Shown piece by piece: positions 10,787-23,600 of a stretch of DNA of 57,763 nucleotides; position 1 is the first letter of the stretch, and each line of letters starts with the position of its first letter. Under the pieces are notes generated by a model. It was not told the origin of the DNA. It did no database searches and worked only from the letters and a program-made list of their open reading frames with translations. This stretch comes from a virus (Duplodnaviria; Caudoviricetes), in IMG/VR virus record IMGVR_UViG_3300042346_000645, positions 1-57,763 of that record, one strand, 5' to 3'. A program made the position numbers and the translations under genes.

Positions 10787-11255
10787 TATTTATTGTCGTA
10801 TCGGATTTAATGAAGTTTAAAGTAATACATGGTAAATCAGCACCATCCTTACCGCTGTGTTCAATCTTATCAACGAACATACCCATATTCTTAGCAAGTA
10901 ATTCACTGGCTCGAATACGCGCATCTAACTTAATATAATCACCATTTTCATCTTTGTTACTGCGGACGAGTTTAGTCCAAAATTCCTGTATCTCAAAAAT
11001 AGATGCGATATTAGCCGCGTACTGTTCTCGAATCTCGGTAACAATCGCATGATGACTGGAAGTCACTTCTCCCATTTCTTTCCACGCGGCTTGCACATTA
11101 GGATTATTGAGAAGGGTATAGGCTTGTTTACTTGCCGCCTTATCTGAATATCCCGCTGCAATAGCCGCTTTAGTACCGTCCTGCCCATTACCTAAGTAAT
11201 GGGTCAAGAAAGCACGTTGCTTGGAAGTGAGCTTGCTTAGAGCTTCAAAATCCAT
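10779..11255 (-). CDS. terS: Terminase small subunit
   Basis: LTSKQRAF..YL..TKAAIAAGYS..A..LL HTH; ASELLAKNMGMF..KIEHSG. Confidence 0.9.
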   Translation of the reverse strand: MDFEALSKLTSKQRAFLTHYLGNGQDGTKAAIAAGYSDKAASKQAYTLLNNPNVQAAWKEMGEVTSSHHAIVTEIREQYAANIASIFEIQEFWTKLVRSNKDENGDYIKLDARIRASELLAKNMGMFVDKIEHSGKDGADLPCITLNFIKSDTTINNG

Positions 11256-11256
11256 A

Positions 11257-11580
11257 TTACATCATCGCAGGTCTAGTTGGTTTACCCATAGGCGCGGCTT
11301 GTGCTGGCGCACCGCCCATACCCGTACCGCCTTCTTCACCGCCAAAGCCTTTAGTAAATAATGACTCAGCGCTTGCTGATTCCCCACCTTCTAAAAGACC
11401 TTTGGCAATTTTCAAAGCATCGTTAAGGTCACGCGCTTTTTGAACACCTGCGCCCATACCTTCTGCCATACCTTCCATTGCGCCTTCACCACCTTCAGCC
11501 ATTTGCTCTTGTTGGTTTTCAGTTTCAACAGTGTATTGACCTTGGGCATCGCGTGTAATTGTAACTGCTAATTCTTCCAT
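11257..11580 (-). CDS. Hypothetical protein
   Basis: 107-aa ORF with RBS, upstream of terS. Confidence 0.55.
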   Translation of the reverse strand: MEELAVTITRDAQGQYTVETENQQEQMAEGGEGAMEGMAEGMGAGVQKARDLNDALKIAKGLLEGGESASAESLFTKGFGGEEGGTGMGGAPAQAAPMGKPTRPAMM

Positions 11581-11629
11581 CTTCTTTTCCTAGTTAAAGG
11601 GCGCTACGGTATGTAGCGCCAAGTGATTA

Positions 11630-14600
11630 CTACTGACGTTGATTATACTGGTAACTGTATTCAATCAATAGTTGTTTTTCTTCAGCTTCAAGCTCTTTGA
11701 CTAATGCTTTATCGCCTTCAACTCGCGCTTCATCTTGCTTATCTCGCAAATCTTTTACCTCTTTGATAATTGATTTAGTTTCATCGTAGAAGTCGAGCGT
11801 AGGTTGATGTTTACTGGTAAATTTATCAGTAGCTTCATCATCGCCTAATTTTTCATATTTTTTAAACTTATCGTAAATATCTTTTGCTTCTTTGCGCTGC
11901 GAATTATAAACACGACGATAAGAGTCAATAGTGTTTTCTTTAACAAAGCCAGATACGATAGGTAAGTTACTCACATTCATTTCGTCAGTATTTATTGAAG
12001 AAGTATAAATAGAGTTTACAAACTTATATAACTGGGTTGCCGCTGATCCACCAAGTGAATTTGTCAAATACTTCATTGTTTCGGGCGATACATCCACAAA
12101 GCCAGATTCCACTTTTGTTCCACCTGTCACTTTGTTCATCCATTTAGCAAAGTCGGAATACATCGTACCTCTTGTTGTAGACCATTCTTTTTCGCTATCT
12201 GGGATAGTGGTGTTGTAAACATCTTCTGGGTAAATAGGTTTACCCCATTGATTTCTATTACTGGTAATAGAATAAAACGGTTTTAAAATAGTAGGTATAA
12301 AACTTGCCGCTAAGTCTTTGTTATCCCATTCCCCCGATGCCATTGGATTAAAATAAGAGAAATTAGTAAAGAAAGAAGCAGTTAATTTATTAATTACTTT
12401 TTCTGGATCGCCACCTAATTGAAGTCTAGCGATTGCTGTACCAAAATCTTTAAAGAATGATAGACCGTAAGCAAGTTTAGCATTTACTCGAAGTCCAGTT
12501 TCCTCATCTAATTTAATACCAACGTATCTGGTTTTTTCTTCTTCGGGAATTAACTCATCATCCCCATCATCTCCACCAAGTAGCGCTAGTAAATATCCAA
12601 GCATTACATAAGATGAAAGTATCGCAGTAGCTTGTACTTTATGCTCTCCTCGAATCGTAGCATCAATCAAATTTTCAGTACCTTGAATAGCCGCATTAAA
12701 GAATAAATAGGTTGCACCGAGTTCTCTACCAGCAATACCGCGTCGATTAAAGTTAATGGTTACATTTCGTGAAAGTTTAGCCGCTTCCTGTGGTGTCATA
12801 CCGTTATCAACAGCGACTTTAAATGTAGATAAACGAGTTGCTGTTTCAGCGACATCGCCTAGATACGCTAATAAGTTAGCTAATTTATTATCAACTATTG
12901 CTAATTTTAATTTATCAAGCGGATACTCATAAAACTTGGTATCCATCATTTTTGATTTTAAAACAGCCAAATTAAGCTCATCTGCCTTTTTTTCAATACT
13001 TGAGATAAAGGCTGTTCCCGATTTACCACCGTTATCAAGATAAGATTTAATTACTCGATTCCATTCCGCATTATCTGTCGACCCTTTTGCAATGTATTTA
13101 CCAATTTGTATTGCCGACATTGGCGTTTTTAATAAAACAGTACCTGCATATTTAAATCCTTTTCTAGCTGTATTGGTGTATAACCCAACTGCCGGATCAA
13201 CCCATACCCCATTGTTAATAATGAATACAGGATTCCAAATTGTAAAAGCATGGCGCAAAAATCTACCAAAAGCAGCCATAAACTTAAACATGGAGTAAAT
13301 GTTCTCATCCCCTAATCTATTAAACGCTTGTACAAATTCTGAATCATTAACTGTAATACGAACTTGTTTACCATTACGCCAATAAGATATTTCTTCATTT
13401 TGGTCATAAGGTTTTTTCATCAAAGTAACTTGTGGTTCACCACCTACTTTGATGATTTCGTATTCACGTTTAGATTGTCCTGTTCGCGCTGTTTCTGCTT
13501 CAACGTAGCGACGGGCATCTCGTAATGTATCGCGTTGTCCAATTTCACTACCGTGGAAATACATGACGTATTGCGCTTTGGCTTTACCCATAATAGGTTT
13601 CATTGGAGTAACTTCAGTTTCCCATAAATTAGCGTCGGGATTATCTTCAATTAACTTGTAAAGCACTGATTGCACATACATTTTAGAAGAACGAATAACT
13701 GCTCTTTCTAAATTCATAACAATGTTTTCAACAATTTGACTAGCACGAGATTGGCGACCTAGCATTTTTCTATCGAATTTACCTGATATAGAAAAGCCTT
13801 GTCCGATATTTCCACGACTAGATTTTTTAGTTGCTTTACCAGTAACTTCATCGACTTCTTCAAAACCCTTCATTGGAACATGATAATCTGACGCATTATC
13901 CCATTCCTCTGCTTGCTCTGGTGAAATGTCACCCGATTGCACTAAGATTCGTTTAACTATGTTTTGAATGTTTTGCCAATCATCAACTAACTTTTCAAAC
14001 TCTGGGTATTTATCACCCATTGTTTCTTTATATCTTTCAATAATAGCCGCTGACTCTTTATCAGTCATACCGCTACCACCTTCACCTAATTTGCGGAACT
14101 TAGGATTGATGGATTGAATATACGCATTACGACTAGGAGCGCCTTTAGCATAAAGAAGTAAACCAATTTCATCTTTGTTTACATTCATTTTCGCCATTCT
14201 ATCAATTAGCGGTTGAATAAAACGCTCTTTAAGACTTTCCAATTGGTTCGCTGCGATATTACCAGCCGCTTCCATAGCAAGAACCACGTCATTGCTTTCA
14301 TCAACTTTGCCGCCTTGTTCTCTAATCTTATCCATGACAATGCGGATTCTCAATAAATCATCTTGAATCCATTTGCGCATAAATTGGAACTTGGTTTCAG
14401 CAGGTAAATTGAAAAGGTTTTCTTCGTTTTGAGCAAGGCTGAATTTTACATTCCCAGTATCTTGTCGTTGCGCAACCAACATCTCTGGTGCTTTACGCAA
14501 TGTCGCTTCAGCAATATAAAGCAAATCTTGATCGCTTAGATTATTTGCCCATTGGATAAATCCTAGCTTTTGTGAAGCAGGGAACATTTTACTCATATTG

Positions 14601-17600
14601 CGAAGTGCATTTTTGAGCCATGCTTTGAATCTTTGAACAATTTTGAGTTTAGGCGCATATTTAATTAAATAGGCAAGCGTTTCTTCGCGCAAATCTTCTT
14701 GAGGAGTATCTGCATCTAACGCATCTTGTCTACCTTTAACAGCCGCTGGGTTTTTAACTTTCACTAAGTTATCAGTTTCTTTTAAGAAATTTTCAAATTC
14801 AGCTTCATTAGCTCCCATTTTAAGCATATGCACACTAACTTCGTGCATCATTAAATAATGTAAATCTGTGGCTTTATCAATGTTGTCTGCAACAAAATAA
14901 GTTTTACCGTCAGCAGGATTATAGAATGCTTCAATATCACCGTTTTTGCTGTACTTAATATCAAAAGGTTGCAATACTTCATTTTGCCAAACACCTTGAA
15001 AGCCAATACGTTTTCTATCAATACCTTCGCGGTTAACTACTTTTTGCCATGCAATAGATCGCTCAATACTTTGTTTAACATCAAAACCTTTATAATCGTC
15101 CTTTACCCATTCCCATTTATGGTGATAGATAGCTTGTTTATCTGGGTTTTTATTTAAATCTACCGTCCGTATTGTCCCGTCTGGTTCAACTACAATTAAA
15201 TTACCGTTAATGGGTTCGGGCGAAGTATCAAAATCGGGCGAATTAAAAAATCCAATTGCACCAGTTTTAGTATTATAACGAATAAGGTTATATTCAAAAT
15301 CATCAATACGTTCTTTAGCATCCGCTAAATCGCCTTGTGGGAGAACCCCTTCATAATCTCTATGAAGATACACCTCATCCCCCATTTTTTTACCGACACC
15401 AAATTCAGAATATCTTTCTCCTGCGCCTAACTCTTTTGCTTCTTTTCTAAGCGCTTCTGTTTCAGCAGAACCAATTTCAACTTTTTCTTTTTTAACAGGT
15501 TTTAAAATTGAATCTAAAATAGGTGTGCCGCCAGATTTTTGAATAATTACCGCGCTTGCACCATAGCCGTTAATTTTTCTAACATCAAAATCTGGAAGTA
15601 ATTCTTGAACATAAGCAACTAACTCGTCTGGCTCAATGCCTTTTTGATAATTAGTTTGTTCAACGCCTTTTAATTTACGAGTAACATAAAAAGAATTGGG
15701 TTCTTCACCCGCTTTTGAATTTGCAGGTTTAATGGTATCGACATCACCTTTCCAACGACGACTACTAATTACGCCAACACCTCCATCTTTTAAAATTCGC
15801 CCAATATTTTTTACAATATCATCTCTAATTGCTCTTGGGACAACATTTAATACGTTTAAATTTACTACCGCATCTTGACTACCGTCTTTAATATTATCGG
15901 CATTTGTAAAATCGGGTTCGTCTGTTAATGATTTTGCCCAATTTTCTGGGAAAGGCTCGTAAGATTTTACATTTACATCCATTCCCTTATTAGTCAACGC
16001 TCTAAAAACACTTGCCGTACCACGTCCTTTCCCCGCACCATAATCCAATATGTTTTTAAGGTTTGGTATTTTTGCAAATAAGTTTCTAGCAACAGCGGCA
16101 TACGCCCCCATTGTTGTATCAATTTGGGTGTTTGCTGCGGAACGATCTCCAACTAATGCAAATTTAGTTCCGGTAGATTCTTCAATAATCGCTTGTGCTT
16201 GCTCATCAGAGATAATCTCAAACATCCCTGTACCAAGTAACTTATCAGTCCATCCTTTACCGTAAGCATCGTCACCGGCTTTGGTCAAACCTTCTTTTAA
16301 AGATTGCTCGGTGTGAGTATTGGTAGCGGCTTGTCGATTTTTTCCAAACAGTAAATCACTAAAGTTTAAAAGCGCGTCACTGCGGCTTTGCGCATCACCT
16401 TCGGTATAACGCTTAATTTTAGTGATACCATTAGCATTTAGGATTTTAACCGCTTCATCATACTCTTTACCTTTTGGAACTAACGCACCAGAGAATTCGC
16501 CAATATCAACAGCTCGCCCAATTTTCCCTTCAAAATAATGCGCAGGCATATTTTTGAGTTTATCTAAGAAACTGTACACTTTGCTCATCGTTTCTTCGGG
16601 TACATCTTGATACGATTCTTTAAATGCCCGTAAGCCTTTTGATACAAGATCACTCAATGCGTCCGTCGCGCTAGGATCAGAATAATCAGAGTACGGTCTT
16701 AATTCATCTGAAATAGAATTAAATTCAGATTCTAATTCTTCTTTTAATTGCGCTAATTTTTCATCACTAACAATATCTCCGCGAGCATCTTGTATTTGCT
16801 TAACAGTTTTAAATTGTTTTGCGGTATATGCGCGAATTGTACCTATCCCATAACTAACGTTTTCACCGCCTTTTATGGTTTTAGTCATTAGCTTCACAAC
16901 CGTGTCGAGATTGTGCGGTAAATAAACGCGCTTACCCGAACTGGTATAACCATTAAAAATACGTTCGTCAGATACAAGATTACTGTAATTTTCAACTAGC
17001 CATTTTTCATATTGAGTTTGATTGGTTTTTTCACGAATCAATTTAGAAGTCGCATAATCATCAATTGATTTTTGCGCTCCTTTTTGATCTCGAAATTCTT
17101 TAATTGCATATTGATAATCAAACGCTAAGTTTGATGCCTGTTGGCTATCGATTTCAATATAAGGTTTTGATGTGCCTAAAGTTTCATTTCGTTTTTTAAT
17201 AGACTCATTAAAAATATCCACAACTGCTTGTACAAATGTAGGGTCATTTTTCAATTCCATTGCATCAATTTTTGAAGAAACAAATTTCTTCATACTAGCA
17301 GGTGGAGTTTTGTTGGGTCTATATTGAATTTTAGGCGCTTTGCCGATTGACTTTAAAAACTCATATTTTAAAGTCACGCTATCTTGCAATCCTTTTAACA
17401 CTCCTCTATCTTCAATAGACGATGCGTTAATTAAACCTCTATAGCCAATTGCTTTTGCTAATTCTTTAGTATCGTCTGATAACGATTCATTTGCATTATT
17501 AAGTGCTTTAGAATCAACAACATAAGTTACTTGGGGATAACGTGGAGAATACACATCTGCATTAAAGTATTTATTTTTAGCGTTTACTTCTGGGGCAAAT

Positions 17601-20600
17601 TGTGAGGTATCCCCAATTAAAGTAATTTCACCAAAGCCACTTAGCGGATATTTTTGATTAACTATTGCTACACTAGGTACAGCGATACCGCCCATTTTGT
17701 CGGCATGGGTCAAATTACTTAAGCTGAGATTGTGAATAATAGCCAATGGGTTTTCATCTAAAACCTTTTTAGCTGTTTTGCTGAATCGAATATCATTTGA
17801 TTCTTTGCTAAACGCACCCGTGTTTTCAGTAGCTGACTTAACTTGATTTGAATTAAATACAATATAATCGTTATCTAATTCAACGCCATTGAATTTAGCA
17901 TTTATCAATTGGTCAGTTGTCAAAGAATCATATTCATCCCATCCTGCTATTTTTTTAATATCTAAAAATACCGGCATGAGTATATTGGTAGATGCAGCTC
18001 CCACATCTGCAATATTGTCTTTATCAGATGTGAACCAAAATAAACTATCTTGTGTTTTATTAGAATCGAATTCAGTAAATTTATCAGCGGTAGCATGATA
18101 AACCACCATAGGTTCGCCATTCTCATCAACAACCTTAGACGCATTTTCTGGATCATTTTCCCAATCACCAAACCACTCTTTAAATTCTGGCGTTCTGACT
18201 TGGTCGTATTGAACCGCGTTTAAGTTTGAGGGTTTACCGTTAGGCGCAAGGCGTTGCTGAGATTTGGCTTTGCTGAATTTTAAACTTGATGGTTTAATTA
18301 AATTAGGAATAGCCTTTGACATTTCATATTTAAAAATGTCGGTTCTTGAATAACCAAACGTAGGATGTGTAAATGCAAATTCATTAATATTTTTAGGAGC
18401 ATCATCACGATACCATCGCGCTATCTCAGATGTTTTTGATAAATCCCCATAAACTTCTTTTATTTTATTAGCAATTTGTTTTATATCATTTTCTGAAAAA
18501 TTAGATAAAGAGTTATCTATTGACATAACCCTAGAAACTTTATCAAGCTCCGTTTCAACTAACACGTTTCCTTTTTTATCAAAAGCCACCATACTAGGAT
18601 AATCTAAAAAGTTTTTTGGGTTATTAAAAACTAGGTATTCATCGTTACTATTTTTAAAAATAGTAAATACACCCGTATTTTTAAATTTTTTAAATCCTAG
18701 ATAATTTGCAACTTTTTTTGAAATTTCTAAATACTTATCGGTATATGTATCTGAGTCACTATTGATTTCTTCTAAAATCGCATTACGTCTATTTTCAAGA
18801 GTATCCCCTTGATACGACTCTCCTAGTAAAAATTTATTATATTCATACTTTTTGCGAAGCACATCTCTTTTTTCCCAAATAGCTGGGTAATCTTTTTTAA
18901 TTTGACTAGCACTTCTGGAAGATACGTATTGCCCCTCAGTTATTGCTAATTCAATAGCGGCTCTATGTTCACGTTCAGCTTGTGCAGTAATTTTTTCAAT
19001 ATCACCATTAGGGTTACTTGCAAGTTTTTGTTTTACATATTCCTCTTTACTATACTCAAATATTTCTTTAACGTAATCAGATGTTTTTCTATTTTGATAT
19101 TTGGGATTATAAGTTTCATCCCCATACCCTTTCTCAATAGTCACATTCGCCTGTTTAAGCGCTGCTGTGAGCGCTTTATTATCTTGGCTACCTAACTTAA
19201 TGCTTACATCTTTTCTGCCCTCTAAAAGCTCTTTATAAAGCTCTGGCGCATAGGCTTTGGCTTTGACTGGGAAAACGTGCGCATAAAGATTAAATTCAGC
19301 CACAAGTTCTTTATCACTTGCTAAATAAGGATGATTAGCTTCCGCATCACCTAGAATTAATTCTTTAAGTGTAGCGCGTTCATCTTCAGTTAATTTGCGA
19401 TAATTGAGCAATTGATGGTGAATAGCATGACCGAGTTCATGTAATGTGGTGCGATCAGATTGGCTTGTTTGATAAATAGCTTGTTCAACTTGATCGTAGA
19501 ATCCACCGATATTGCTATCTGTATTGATTAATGAAACCGATTCGAGATTAGGGTATTGGGTTTCATAATCAATTTCAGTTTCATCAAATTTACTTTGAGC
19601 GCCTTTATCCCCATAGAACCAATGATTAGGATAAAGTTTTTTAAGCTCAAGTGGTGAGTTAGCAAGTTGCTCACCTTCAATTGTCACTTCACGCCCAACG
19701 GTAGCTTTGCCCTTACGTTCTGGTGCAAAAATATCACCAGAAGTTGTCATGCCTTTACCGAGCATTTCATCAACTACTGTATCAACTTCTAAATCAGCTT
19801 TACGTTTCTTTTCCGCTTTAATATCTGCAATGATTTTATCTTCTTCAGCTTGCGTCTTTGCATCTAAAATTGCGTTAACTTCTTCATTTGTATAGGTATT
19901 TAGAAGTTCATCTCGGTGTTGCTGTTCTAAATCATCCTCTCTATCGGCGAACATTTTGGCAACAGCATTATCAATGCCTTCATACCCATAGTAGGGTTTA
20001 CCGTTTAGTGAGTCCCATAGTGCTGTTTCTAAATCATTTGCTCCATTGATATCACTAAAACCTTGTTCATTTAGAAGGGTTGCCATATCGTCAAATGTGC
20101 GAGAACGTGCGCCATTATTGAATAAACGAATATTCTTTTTATAGTCAGTAAATCCGCGATCCGCCATTTCAGTTCTATCAAGTCCTCCGAGTTTTCCAAT
20201 TAAAACTTTGAGTTCTTCAGTTCCATTTACTTTATTTAAATTAGCCGCAGGGTTTCTTGGTTTTCTAGCCACTTGGTCTTCAGTGACAATACCGTATTTC
20301 TCATCGCCAAGTTTTACCCAAGTGTGAGTATCCTTAGATAATTCTGGATTGGTGCGAATATGCGTTTGCGCTCCTTGCGGACTAGTAAATGCCTTACCGT
20401 TCTTTCTAAGAATAGGATTATTAATTGTTCCTTTGGGTTCTGCTACTGGTGTTTCTGTTGCTAACGATTCACCAGCTTTCAATTCATCTAATTTTTTAGC
20501 AGCTAATAGCGATTTATTCAAACTCCCCGTTAAATGAGTAGGTCGTTTTTTTGAAGTCAAAATATAATCAGTAATTTCGTTTCTATATTCAGCAGGTGTA

Positions 20601-23600
20601 CTTAAAATAATATCGTGAAACGATTCAGTTTTATTTCCATTTCTAGAATTATCTACATTATCAACACGTTGTTTTGCTTTTTCAATTTCTGCTACTGGTG
20701 TTTGATTTGTAACTTCAACGCTTGGTTTTAAATCGGGATAATCAGCTAACACTTCTTTGGGTACAGGCTTACCTTCATCAAGTGCTTCTTGAACACGTTC
20801 TTTATGAACTGCTAGTAATTCATCATACCGTTTTTTGTTTTGTTCAATAGCTATTTTACGAGAATTATCTTCAGACTTTTGCGCCCATTTTACATTGTAA
20901 GTAGGGTTCTTTTTAGATTGCGCTTTTTCTTTAACTAAGCTGCGAGTGCTATCTTTCTTTTCTTGCTCAAGTTCACTTCTAGTTTTTGCCCAAAATTCTT
21001 TTTGCCCAGACCATGTTCTGATTAAAACTTTATCAGCTTGTTCCTGTGTTAAGTTACCTAGAGTTACAGCATTGCGAATAGTATCGTCGTATGCTGATTC
21101 CTTAGCTGTTGGGAATCTTACTGCATATTCTTCACGAGTTAACTCATACAGTTTTTTATTTTCTGCTGTTGGAGTTTCTGCTACAGGTATTTCTGCTGTT
21201 GGCGTTTCTGTTACAGTAGCTTGTGAAACATCTTTGTTAATTCGATTAATTGCATCATTTAATATTTGATTTTTAGCATTAATCGATTTCAATTCAACAT
21301 TCAAAGGTTCATTTAAAATCTTTCCAGCCAAGTATCGGTGATGACCATCTTGAATTTTTATTTCACCATCGCTATAAATAGTAGCCTTAATGGGTTCGCT
21401 CAAATCAACACTTTTTGCCCATTCTTCTTCAGATTTACCGCTTGCCTTTTGAGAACTAACCGCCCAATTAATTTCAGTTTGATTAAGTGGTTTTAATTCT
21501 TGCGGCATTATTTTACTAACTTCTTTTACATCACCGTAATATTTACCATTAGGTTCATTGTAATAAGTGGTTACAGGCATTTCTGCTGTTGGTGTTTCTG
21601 CTACAGGCGTAACTGTTTCATTTGGTTTTAATACAATGTATTCCTTACCGTTAAATTTGCTATTAAATGAAATACCATCATAACCTTGCTCTCTTGCTGT
21701 ATTGACAAGGTCGTCCATTGAATTGGAAGGCGCTAAGCCAATTTTTTGTTTAGCTTCTGCCCAATTGTTAGCTTCAAGTACATTATTAAAAGTATGAGTT
21801 GATTTAGATATGCTACCTTCTTCACCAGCATAATCCTTAGCTATTTTTTCATCTGGTGACATAAATAGTGCATTACCAACTGTGGTAGTAACATCTTCAG
21901 TTGATTTCCCCTTTGGAACACCTCGATATAAATCCACTGTAATTGGCATTTCTGCTGTTGGCGTTTCTGCTGTTGGCATTTCTGCTGTTGGCATTTCTGG
22001 CGCTTGCTCAATCGGTGTAATCAAATTAGTGTAATGATCCCTTTGCGCCTTATTGAGCGAATACTTCTCACCTGTTGGGAGATATAGCATTCCGCCTTTA
22101 AGCTCTGCGCCACCTTGCGCCACTGCTTGACCAATAAAATCTAAACTTTCCTGTGTAGCGTCTAACTTATCTGGTTTAGGAGCGGGAGGCTCAATTACCG
22201 GTGGTTCAACTACAGGTGTTGCCGCTTGAATGTCTGCTTCATTTTGCGCTTGAGCGCGAGTAGTGTCATGTCCAAAGTTATTAGCTTCAACAATATTGGT
22301 GAACGTGTCGATAGCTTCTTGCGGTGTTGTCGTTTTATCCAGTTCTGTTGTGATAGTTTCATTGTCCACAATAGGCGCTGTGGTATCTACCGCTTCAGCA
22401 GGTGGGGTAGGGTTTAAATTCTCATCTCTGAAAATATCCGTATAGGCTCTTAGGTTTTCATTAACAGGTGTTTCTGTTTCCGCTTGAGTTTCCGCTTGAG
22501 TTTCCGCTTGAGTAGTATCAATAGGCGCTTGTTGTGGTTTACCACCAGACGCAGCAAAATAAGCATTGCGCTCATCTTCTGTCATGCCTTTGGCTCTATC
22601 GATTTCTTTTTGACGCAATATTTCATCGCCGGTTAATGTCTGAGCAGTTTGACCGGCAGTGCTAATAATAGCCTGTCCTCCGCCCATTGCAGCGCCTGTA
22701 ACCAAGCCTATTGCCGCAGCGTTTGGTACACCTTCAAATAGACTTGGTTTATCTAACGCATAGTTTTCGATAATCTTTTCTACGGCAGATTGTGGCATTT
22801 CTTCCACTACACCTTCAATAGCCATTCCACCTAATATCTGTTTCGCCATATCGCGAAGTGATACTTCTGACGATTGTGTTCCTGCTGATAATGTATCAAT
22901 ATCAGATATGCCTAATTTCTTAGCGGCTACGCTACCGATACCAGCTAAGAACGCATCGGCTGCACCTGCGCCTACCGCTGAAGCTGATTGCTTTTCTGTA
23001 AGCAATCCATTATCGGTTTCTTGGCGTATCCCTTCAGCCTGTTGCCCTGCGCCTACTACAAACTCACCTGCACCTGCTCCAATTACACCACTGGCTTTGC
23101 CAAGCATACCAATACCTTTTACAGCGCCACCGATTGCACCACCTGCATAAGAAGCAGGTGCGGATTCAAGTGCAGTATTTAGTGTAGCTACTGGATTGGT
23201 TACTGCTGCTTTTAATGTGCCGCCAAATGTGTCTTGTGATTGAATCTCTTTTTGAGCCGCTTGTTCTTCTGGTGATTGTTGTGAGGTTAGATATTCTCTA
23301 GCCGCTTTGAAATCAATCCCCTTATCTTCCAAGTATTTACCTGTTTCGCCACCACTGGCAATGTCCGCAATACCTGTAATAAATTCTGGAACACCAATTA
23401 CGCCTTTTGATAGTGCCATTGATTGATCGTAAGCATATCGTCTTACTGCACCAATAGGTGATGACTCTAATGCTGTTGCTACCTGTTTTGCAGATTGATA
23501 AGCAGGTGAGTTTTCAATATCAGTTCCCACCTGTTTGGCTTTATCAAATAACGATGGCTGTTCTGTTTCTTGTGCTACAGGCTGTTCTGTTTCTTGTGCT

